DNA from: Vulcanimicrobiota bacterium
GTDB lineage: Bacteria > Vulcanimicrobiota > Vulcanimicrobiia > Vulcanimicrobiales > Vulcanimicrobiaceae
Assembly (NCBI GenBank): GCA_963812155.1
Contig: CAWETW010000003.1
Span: 960,001-1,024,000, forward strand
Direction of reading: 5' to 3'
DNA: 64,000 bases
The position numbers were made by a program, and so were the translations under genes. The notes under the pieces are model-generated. The model worked only from the letters and a program-made list of their open reading frames with translations, was not told the origin of the DNA and made no database searches. Below, one piece after another: positions 1 through 7,356 of this stretch. How positions within the stretch are numbered: the first letter of the stretch is position 1; the number at the start of each line of letters is the position of its first letter.

Positions 1-32
1 CAAGTTTTGACTAGGTGCGCGACGCCTGCCTT

Positions 33-124
33 ACTGCAAACGCCGCGTAAGCCATGCGAAGACCCAGGACTACGGGACCAAAAGACTCACGGGAAACCCG
101 GGTTGTGGCGCAGCCGGCAATAGT
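33..124 (+). promoter_or_regulatory. Possible divergent c-di-GMP-I (GEMM)-like riboswitch or structured leader upstream of the response regulator
   Basis: Motif order GCAAA (36-40), stem with GTAA loop (41-58), GACCCAGGACTACGGGACCAA (61-81), hairpin, GTGG-CGCAGCCGG (to 117) echoes the c-di-GMP-I pattern GCAAA-GNRA-GACGCAAAGCYNCGGGTCTAA...CAGCCGG. Several conserved positions differ; judged by eye only. Confidence 0.2.
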
Positions 125-201
125 GTCAGACTAGTTGGAGACCCGCACGACAAGCCTATCGCGGCGTCTACACTGCTTAGCAGCCGGGTGGTTTCTCTCA
201 G

Positions 202-867
202 ATGGAGTTTCTCAACAGAATGTCTGTATCAACCGCTGTATCAACCGCTGTATCAACCTTACCGCTTCGCGTGCTCGTTATCGAGAAGCAACTGCTTTTC
301 GCCAAGGCCGTGGCTGCGGTGCTGTCGGCCGACCCGGATATCAAAGTCGTGGGTATCGCGAGCGGTCGTGATTCGGACGTTCCCAAAGATGTAGACATCG
401 TCGTTATCGATATCGACACCGAAGAAATCGATGACGTGGTCGAGCACTATAAGGCTCGGGCCCCTGGGGCCCGCATTTGCGCGCTATCGGCCCATACCCA
501 GGGCGAACTCATGCAGCATTGTTTGAGCGCGGGTGCCGACGCCTACATCGTAAAGGACTCATCGCTTCAAGAGCTCGTCACCGCCATAAAGACGATCGGC
601 GAGGGCGCCAGCTACGTCGATCCGCGAGTCGCTGCATCGCTTCTGCGGCGCCGCGGTCCGTCCAACCGCTCGACGAATGAATTGTCTCCGCGCGAGCGCG
701 AAATCATTCGTCTGATTGCCCAGGGCTTATCGAATCGAGACATCGGCCGGCGTCTGGTTCTATCGGAGAAGACGATCAAGAACCACGTAAGCCATATCTT
801 TTCGAAGATTCATTGCACCGCGCGTTCGCAAGCGGCCGTTCACGCGATCAGGATCGGCCTCGCCTGA
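202..867 (+). CDS. NarL/FixJ-family response regulator (REC + LuxR HTH)
   Basis: REC: RVLVIE...DIVVIDID...ALSAH...GADAYIVKDS. HTH: LSPREREIIRLIAQGLSNRDIGRRLVLSEKTIKNHVSHIFSKI. Start could be ATG 220. Confidence 0.92.
   Translation: MEFLNRMSVSTAVSTAVSTLPLRVLVIEKQLLFAKAVAAVLSADPDIKVVGIASGRDSDVPKDVDIVVIDIDTEEIDDVVEHYKARAPGARICALSAHTQGELMQHCLSAGADAYIVKDSSLQELVTAIKTIGEGASYVDPRVAASLLRRRGPSNRSTNELSPREREIIRLIAQGLSNRDIGRRLVLSEKTIKNHVSHIFSKIHCTARSQAAVHAIRIGLA
224..258 (+). repeat. 12-bp tandem repeat CTGTATCAACCG, about 3 copies, in frame (VSTA)n
   Basis: ctgtatcaaccg ctgtatcaaccg ctgtatcaacc read directly. Confidence 0.95.
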
Positions 868-2294
868 TCTTGCGCCGGCAGCGAAGCGCGCGTCCGCGAA
901 GGACGAAGAGCCGCCGCCACGGCCGTCACGAGCAGCCCTAAGAGGCCTAGCCACGCCGCCAGTTGGGGAGCAAAGGTGGGCCGGGTTAAAGCAGCTGTCG
1001 CGCGAAGATATCTCGCCCACGCAACCGGCGAAAGCTCGTCGGGCGCTGCACTAAAAGCGTGCGTCACGATTTCTCCGGCTGTCGGGCCGGGTTGGACGTG
1101 CACGAGGAGCACGACGCACAACGTCGTCGCAGCCGCGCCGATCGAGGCCACTGTAAGGCGTCGCCCTAAGCTGCCGCCGAGTACCGCAACGAGTCCTCCG
1201 AAAACGCCCGCGAAATCAAGCGCGATGGTGGTGCGCGAGATCTTCTGAGTCCATACGGCAATCAGAAGTCCCAAAGCAGCCGTACCGATAGCACGAAACA
1301 TCCGTGCCGGCACTCGCGACGCAATCGCTACGGCGGCCGGCAGAGCGATGAGAATCTGAATGTCGTGCAGGTAGACGCCAAAGAATAGAACGGCGGCTGG
1401 GGGCAGCAACGGCACGAGGATATCTTGGCGGTTGCGAGCCGAAAGCACGCCGGCTAGGACAACTCCGAAAACGGCCGCACAGGCAAACCAAATCTTTCCC
1501 AGCAGCAGTGCGAGCGGCGGCGATACGCCGGCAACGAAAAGTAGCCGGCTCAGACTGTATTGATCCGACGCAACGAGTTCGGCGTACGCCATCGACGGAA
1601 GCACCTGCGCGAAGTATTCTTTGTTTTCCGCCACGCCGAGAGCGGCGAGACTCAAAAGGGCCAACGCCGCTACGGAAACGATAACCGCAGCACGCGACCT
1701 GTGTACGAACAAGAACATTGCGACGACCGCCGGAACGCCGACGTTGGGTTGCAAGACGGCCAACGACGCTGCACACCCGGCGGCAATCCATCGATGCTTG
1801 GTCAAGAAATATGCTGCCGCGCAGATCGCCAGCATTGCAAATGGCGCGGTCTCTCCGTAAGCGACGTTGAGCAGCGTGAGCGGCGCAAAAGCAAGGAGGA
1901 TGCCGGTGGCGGAAGCGTTCGTGGGCGCGGCCAAAAAGCGGGCGCTTACGATGGCCGCCAGGGCGAGGGAAATGCAAAAGATTTCCGCAGCTAGCTTGGG
2001 CGGGAGCTTTGAAAGAATTGCGAACGGTAGCAGGACGTAACCCGGTAAGGGCGCGGGTTCCACGTAGCCTGCCGGCATCGCATCGCGTTCCAGGCCGCGT
2101 TCGCACGATCGCAACGGTTCGACGCGATAAGGATCGTGACGTTCCCGGACGGCGACGCCGGCGCAGTAGAAGGCCTTGAAGCTTTGGTGCTGCACGTCGC
2201 CTCGCGCGCCTAGCGCGAACGCCGCGAGCGTCAGCAAAAGTGAGACCGCCGCAAAGGCGGCGTTTCCGTACGATTTTCCCACGACGTTCATCAT
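840..2294 (-). CDS. GT87/DUF2029-family polytopic membrane glycosyltransferase (GT-C)
   Basis: N-terminal TM then FKAFYCAG...DPY, Pro-rich PAPLPGY..LPF, many TM segments. Start may be GTG 2282. Confidence 0.72.
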   Translation of the reverse strand: MMNVVGKSYGNAAFAAVSLLLTLAAFALGARGDVQHQSFKAFYCAGVAVRERHDPYRVEPLRSCERGLERDAMPAGYVEPAPLPGYVLLPFAILSKLPPKLAAEIFCISLALAAIVSARFLAAPTNASATGILLAFAPLTLLNVAYGETAPFAMLAICAAAYFLTKHRWIAAGCAASLAVLQPNVGVPAVVAMFLFVHRSRAAVIVSVAALALLSLAALGVAENKEYFAQVLPSMAYAELVASDQYSLSRLLFVAGVSPPLALLLGKIWFACAAVFGVVLAGVLSARNRQDILVPLLPPAAVLFFGVYLHDIQILIALPAAVAIASRVPARMFRAIGTAALGLLIAVWTQKISRTTIALDFAGVFGGLVAVLGGSLGRRLTVASIGAAATTLCVVLLVHVQPGPTAGEIVTHAFSAAPDELSPVAWARYLRATAALTRPTFAPQLAAWLGLLGLLVTAVAAALRPSRTRASLPAQDQARPILIA

Positions 2295-2402
2295 AACGGC
2301 CGCTCGGCATCGCCGGCGAGAGGCCGCGGGACCATCTTGTAGTCGAACGGCTCACATTTCCGACCGGGACCTTCGGTCGGTGAATCATGGTTCGGTTTCA
2401 CG

Positions 2403-2431
2403 TTGGCCGAAGGCGGTTCCGAGAGTATAAT
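2403..2431 (+). promoter_or_regulatory. Sigma70-type promoter giving a leaderless transcript
   Basis: TTGGCC (2403-2408), 17 nt, TATAAT (2426-2431), 7 nt, in-frame GTG (2439); no SD. Confidence 0.6.
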
Positions 2432-2438
2432 CGGCCCG

Positions 2439-3956
2439 GTGACTTCAGCAAGCCGAATACCCGCAGTGAAAACGAATCGCCTTTCGATCGCCTGGATGGT
2501 GCTTGGGTTGAACCTCGTCATCACGGTTCCGCTTGCGGGCGTACTGAACATCTGGCAAGACGAAGCGTATACGCTGGAAACGACGAGCCGCGGTATCGGC
2601 TACGCGTTTGCGCAAGCCATAGGTTTCGAGCAAAACGCTCCCCTGTATTTCGTGGTCATGTCGATATGGCGGCACGCCGGCGACGGGATCTTTCTCTTGC
2701 GCCTTTTTTCGGTGCTTTGCATCGCGGGGACGGTCTTGCTTCTTCCGGGACTCGCGCGCAGGTACGTCCCTCAGGTGGACGGCGTCCTTGTCGCCGCAGT
2801 CGTCGCCTGCAACCCTTTCGTCGTTTGGGCGGCGGTCGAACTACGCGTCTACGCGTTGGTCGTGTTGATCTCGGCACTGCTGCTGCGGACGTTTTTCGAT
2901 GCCTTCATGGAGGAACATCCCGGTAAGGGGGCCGCGATTGCCTACGCCGTGTGCGTCGCCGGCGCCCTCTATACGCAGTATTATCTGGCGTTTATCGTTG
3001 CAGCACAGGGCGCAACGCTCTTGTTTTACAACCGGCGCGCGATACTGAGGTACGCGCTAGCGGGGGCGGCGGCCGCGCTCGCGTTCGTGCCGATGCTCGC
3101 GATCGTTCCGGGCCAGGTGCAGAATTTTAAAGGCATCTTCGCGCCGCCGTCGATCGCTCAGACGTGTATCACCCTCACCGGCATCGTGTTGCGGTACGTG
3201 CTGCCGCTGCCGATCTTGCATGCGAAGAATGCCTACGTAGTGTTGGTAGTCGTTGCGATTCTGGCAGCGGCCTTTGCGCGACCGTCGTTGAAAGCGATCG
3301 GAAGGAACCCAATCGTCGCCATGACGGCGTTTGCCTTTGCGTTTTTCGCCGTCGGTACGTATCTGTCGGGCGTACACGTCTTGGATCGCCACGCCGCCTC
3401 GCTCTACGTGCCCGCCACGCTTTCGATCTTTGCCGTTCTTGCGACCGTGCGCTTCGCGAACGGACGGCGCGCCGTGTTGGTGTGTTCGGCTTTGGTCATG
3501 GTCCTATCGCTGGTGACGCTCGTGGAAACCTATCGGCACCTTGCCAAGCCCGGCGACTGGGCGCGCGTCGCCGAGTATCTCCAAACTCACGAACGAAACG
3601 GCGAACCCATCGCCGTCTTCGAAGCCGAGAACGCCCTGCCGCTTGCCTACTATTACAAAGGGGCCAACCGGATCGTCCCGATACCTCACGGCGTGGATTT
3701 TCGCCGGTACGACGTTAGTCGGTTTGTGGTCGAGAATGAGGCGGAACTTCAATCGACGGTGCCGAGGGCAAGCCGGCTCTGGCTCGTGACGTCCGGCGAA
3801 TGCGCCTCCGCAAACGTACGGTTCGGCTGTAACCGGCTCGAGGAGTTCGTCGCCCAGCGTTATCGGATCGGCGCCGACCGGCAGTTCTATGGGACCCGAG
3901 TTCGCCTGATCGAGGCGATCGGGAGGCGCACGGACCACCGCCCCCTAAAAAAATAG
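2439..3956 (+). CDS. GT39/ArnT/PMT-like membrane glycosyltransferase
   Basis: IWQDEAYT, EQNAPLYF, LRLFSVLC, ELRVYAL, ALYTQYY motifs; multi-TM. Start chosen from the promoter position. Confidence 0.8.
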   Translation: MTSASRIPAVKTNRLSIAWMVLGLNLVITVPLAGVLNIWQDEAYTLETTSRGIGYAFAQAIGFEQNAPLYFVVMSIWRHAGDGIFLLRLFSVLCIAGTVLLLPGLARRYVPQVDGVLVAAVVACNPFVVWAAVELRVYALVVLISALLLRTFFDAFMEEHPGKGAAIAYAVCVAGALYTQYYLAFIVAAQGATLLFYNRRAILRYALAGAAAALAFVPMLAIVPGQVQNFKGIFAPPSIAQTCITLTGIVLRYVLPLPILHAKNAYVVLVVVAILAAAFARPSLKAIGRNPIVAMTAFAFAFFAVGTYLSGVHVLDRHAASLYVPATLSIFAVLATVRFANGRRAVLVCSALVMVLSLVTLVETYRHLAKPGDWARVAEYLQTHERNGEPIAVFEAENALPLAYYYKGANRIVPIPHGVDFRRYDVSRFVVENEAELQSTVPRASRLWLVTSGECASANVRFGCNRLEEFVAQRYRIGADRQFYGTRVRLIEAIGRRTDHRPLKK

Positions 3957-4043
3957 GCCCTTAGCGCTAGAATATTCGCGCTATTAGGAGTAAGCTGGTT
4001 TCGCCTGGTCAATAGGTACCAGGTCCTTTTAGTTGCGGGAAAG

Positions 4044-4196
4044 GTGAGTTCGGTGGCGTTTTTATTCGCGGTTATCCTATTATTTACAAACATGCACCCG
4101 GCCGATACGCCGGGAGGCCCGCTCGATACGCCGGGCGGACCAATCGCCCACGCGACGGCGCCCGTTGGACCGGGAGCGTCAAGGCATCTGCATTAG
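4044..4196 (+). CDS. Small (47-50 aa) putatively exported peptide with tandem DTPGGP repeats; candidate signalling propeptide, absent from the ORF track
   Basis: Manual translation from GTG 4044: MSSVAFLFAVILLFTNMHPADTPGGPLDTPGGPIAHATAPVGPGASRHLH*. Alternative GTG 4053 has SD-like AAGGTGA at 4041-4047. The two repeat copies differ at synonymous third positions. Confidence 0.65.
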   Translation: MSSVAFLFAVILLFTNMHPADTPGGPLDTPGGPIAHATAPVGPGASRHLH

Positions 4197-4326
4197 CGCG
4201 ACGATGTCGCTGGGTCTTTACGTTGCTCTGAAAAGGACCCCCGCTTCTCGGGTGTAACTAGCGCACCTTAACTTCGAGTGCGATCCGCGGCGCCGTTATG
4301 CATCGTGGTCAGGAGCAGTTTGCCAC

Positions 4327-5799
4327 TTGGGACCACGCGAGTTATTCAGTACGGGTGAGCTGTCCGCATGCGTTCGCGCTACCGCTCGGGCTACGTCTAC
4401 GCACGACCGAGTCCTACTTGTTCGCGCGCTGATGCGTCTGGACCGGCATCGCGAGGCACTTGAAGCGATCGCCGACACGCGCACGACGACGCTCGAGGAA
4501 GAAGCCTTTTTCCGAGCCTTAGAGGCATCGTGCCACGCCTTTCTCGGATCGGTGAATCTCGCGGCCCGGACGCTGCTCGGCATCGGGACTTACGCCTATG
4601 GCCTGGACACGCAGTACGAGATCGCCCACGCGCGCATGCTTACTTCCTGGGTCCAAGGCTCACCGGACTCGATGGAAGCCGCGCTGCGCGACGTCGACGT
4701 AAGTTCGGCGCCGCACCTTTACGGTCACTGGCTGTTCTCGCTCTCCTGGGTCGCATCGTTGCGGGGTGAATACCTCGAACAACTGCAGCTTCTCGAAGAG
4801 GCGGCCACACACGTCGCCGGCGTCCCCGAAGCGCAGGACATCAGCCTGCTGGCCAATGCGACGCGATCCATGATCCACTTGGTACGCGAAATTTCCGCGA
4901 AGCGAACGCTCGATTTTGCGATAAAGATGGCCGAATCGATCCCCTGGACGCACGATCTCGAAGTGGAACGGTTTCTAACGTTCCGCGGCCTCGCGTGGGC
5001 ACACGCACTGCGCGGCGAACACGAACGCGCCTTTCACTATGCATATTTCGCTCGCGATATCGCGCCCTCGGTAATGTGGATCACCGCCTCCTACGCAGAC
5101 CAAGCCTATCTTGCGAGAATGGCCGGCGAGAATTCGAGCGCCGATGCGCTCCTGCGCCACGCCGTGGCCTGCGCGCGCGAAACCGATTGGTCAACGATGG
5201 GCGAAGAGCGCGTGGCACTGCTGAACCTGATCGAACTCCTTTCCGACCAAGACGTGGAGACTGGAAAGGCGCTGCTCGCAATCTACGATGGGATCCCGAT
5301 GCGGCTGTCGTCACGCTTCGCACTTTCGCGCGATTGCCGGCTCCGTGCGATGGAAGAGTACGCGCGCGGTACTATTCTCGCCGTCTCCGGCGATCAAAAT
5401 TCCGCGATCGATCTCTTGATTAGCGCTTATTCGACGTTCCAATCGATTCACTACGCATGGCGGGCGGCCGCCGCGGCCCTGCGGCTCCATGCGATTACCG
5501 ACGATTCTTCTTGGATGCTGCGCGCTCGCGACGCGGTCGAGGCGTTTCCGGAGAGCTCGGTCGCGGATCAAATTCGCAAGACCGCATCGGTTGCCGAAGA
5601 CGAGCGCATTGCCTCGCTCACTCCGGCGCAGCGGCGGGTGTTCGGGCTCATCTGCGAAGGTCTCACCGACAAGCAGGTGGCTCAAACCCTGGGCATCTCT
5701 CCCGAGACGGCCAAAAACCACGCCGCCCGCGTTCGGGCTGCGTTTGGAGTTCACTCCCGAGCCGCGCTCATTGCCGCCGTTCACCGCGAGGCGGTCTAA
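4327..5799 (+). CDS. Large transcriptional regulator: ~420-aa helical (TPR-like) N-terminal region plus C-terminal LuxR HTH
   Basis: HTH LTPAQRRVFGLICEGLTDKQVAQTLGISPETAKNHAARV; Ala/Leu-rich helical repeats; no REC domain or Walker A seen. AGGAG at 4311-4315 precedes the TTG. Confidence 0.8.
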   Translation: MGPRELFSTGELSACVRATARATSTHDRVLLVRALMRLDRHREALEAIADTRTTTLEEEAFFRALEASCHAFLGSVNLAARTLLGIGTYAYGLDTQYEIAHARMLTSWVQGSPDSMEAALRDVDVSSAPHLYGHWLFSLSWVASLRGEYLEQLQLLEEAATHVAGVPEAQDISLLANATRSMIHLVREISAKRTLDFAIKMAESIPWTHDLEVERFLTFRGLAWAHALRGEHERAFHYAYFARDIAPSVMWITASYADQAYLARMAGENSSADALLRHAVACARETDWSTMGEERVALLNLIELLSDQDVETGKALLAIYDGIPMRLSSRFALSRDCRLRAMEEYARGTILAVSGDQNSAIDLLISAYSTFQSIHYAWRAAAAALRLHAITDDSSWMLRARDAVEAFPESSVADQIRKTASVAEDERIASLTPAQRRVFGLICEGLTDKQVAQTLGISPETAKNHAARVRAAFGVHSRAALIAAVHREAV

Positions 5800-5906
5800 G
5801 CAGGCTTCGCCTGCCCTTTCGCCCCCTAGCCCGAAGGACTCCCGGACCAGAGGTGCTGCGCCTGCCGGGACTTCTGGTTGGCGCGGCGTCGCGTTACCAT
5901 CGAACC

Positions 5907-6818
5907 ATGGGCCGAGCTCTCGCCATCGCTACCTTTTCGCTGCTGTGCGCTATCGGCGCGCAGGCGGCGTTTGCCGGCGGCGCCGCTGCCGCAGTTGCCT
6001 CTCAAACGGTCATTCACCCCGGCGATCAGCTTGGCGTCCTCGTTTTCGGGGATCAATCCCTTACGCAAAACGTCATGGTGCTTTCAGACGGAACGATCGA
6101 GTTTCCGCTGGTGGGACGCCTCGCGGTCGCTGGAAAAACTCCGACCGCGGCAGCGACACTGCTCGCGGAGCGGCTGGCCCGCTACGTGCGTCATCCCGTC
6201 ATTACTATTTCGATCGCCCAACTCGGCCAGCCCAACGTGCTCGTTCTCGGCGAAGTGAAATCGCCGGGCAAGTATCAGCTTCGCTCGGAAGCAAAGCTCA
6301 CCGATGCAATCGCGGCGGCCGGCGGCATCGCCGATAGCAACGGTGCCTTTCCGGAAGCGCGCGTTGCCGATGCGACGGGTAAGGTGACGCTCGTTTCTCT
6401 CCAGAGTCTTCTTCAACGCGGCGATACCTCGCTCGACATACCGCTTGCGGAGGGTTCGGTCGTATACGTGCCCGGTCCGATACGCTTTACCGTCAGCGTT
6501 GCGGGCGCCGTCGATCATCCGGGCGACGTTCAAGTGAACGAAGGCGACCGTCTTTCGATGGTGATCGCCAAAGCCGGAAACAGCCAAAACGCCCAGGCCG
6601 ACCTCAACCACATTCACCTGATTCGCATGGGACCAGACGGCAAACAAACGACCACAGAGGTCAACCTCTACCTCGTCCTCAAGGGCGCCGACCCGAGCGC
6701 GGACGTCGCGCTGGAGAAGGGTGACGTCGTCTACGTGCCCCAGGGCGTTCGACACTCGGATATATTCTCTGGGATCGGCAGCGGCCTACTCTACGTGCTC
6801 ACTCACTTCATCCCGTAG
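5907..6818 (+). CDS. Polysaccharide biosynthesis/export (Wza-like) protein with SLBB domains
   Basis: Signal peptide; IHPGDQL.V.VFG...DGTIEFPLVGRL.VAGKT; VLGEVKSPGKY; LEKGDVVYVP. Confidence 0.88.
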   Translation: MGRALAIATFSLLCAIGAQAAFAGGAAAAVASQTVIHPGDQLGVLVFGDQSLTQNVMVLSDGTIEFPLVGRLAVAGKTPTAAATLLAERLARYVRHPVITISIAQLGQPNVLVLGEVKSPGKYQLRSEAKLTDAIAAAGGIADSNGAFPEARVADATGKVTLVSLQSLLQRGDTSLDIPLAEGSVVYVPGPIRFTVSVAGAVDHPGDVQVNEGDRLSMVIAKAGNSQNAQADLNHIHLIRMGPDGKQTTTEVNLYLVLKGADPSADVALEKGDVVYVPQGVRHSDIFSGIGSGLLYVLTHFIP

Positions 6819-7046
6819 TCCCCTGGACAGTGCGTCCTGCCGCGTAGTTTTACGCTCTCGGCTGGTTAATCGCGGCCAAGACAAGGGGACAAACCGATGC
6901 ATGGCAAGGGGCCTCGCAAAAAAGACATCGCCACGCTTCATTGGGGCACCCCAAGCATCCGCAGTGCGACGGTCCCGACGTCCATACCGGGTTCGATCTC
7001 GGCCAGGGTTTCCACGTCTACGGTTGCCATTGGGAACCCAATGCCG

Positions 7047-7244
7047 TGTAAAATTCGACGGAACGTTAGCGCACAACGCCGTAGCTTGAGCGGGCGTTGG
7101 GAGGCGATAGGTGGTGGCATTCAATTCCACGGTGTCGAATCGTTCGGCATAGAATTCGAGCCAACGGCGCTGCGCTACGCCCGCGGGATAAAATCGCCCG
7201 CGCCAGTCGCCGTATACCCAGCCGCTCGTTCCGATGCGAATCAC
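7047..7244 (-). pseudogene. N-terminal fragment (~66 codons) of a DUF72/YecE-family gene
   Basis: IRIGTSGWVYGDWRGRFYP...WLEFYAERFDTVELNATTYRLP...VPSNFT, then similarity stops; intact members are several times longer. Confidence 0.8.
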
Positions 7245-7263
7245 CGTGACGATATACCCGCTC

Positions 7264-7329
7264 GTCCTTCGACTTTGCGTGCCTTCGACTCGCTTCGCTC
7301 CCTCAGGGGCGCTCCGCTCGGCGTGACAC
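7264..7329 (+). repeat. REP-like dispersed repeat, nested double copy
   Basis: gtCCTTCGAC tttgcgtg [CCTTCGACtcgcttcgctccCTCAGG] ggcgc tcCGCTCgGcGTGACAC. Confidence 0.75.
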
Positions 7330-7356
7330 AAAGGGTCTGCGTTCGGGATGACCCGG

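Noticed and set aside
224..258. 12-bp repeats as a CRISPR array or iterons
   Set aside because: No spacers, unit too short, and no cas or rep gene in the window.
4092..4196. The small peptide as a RiPP precursor
   Set aside because: No modifying enzyme, RRE protein or peptidase-containing exporter is adjacent; the hydrophobic leader and neighbouring regulator fit a signalling propeptide better.
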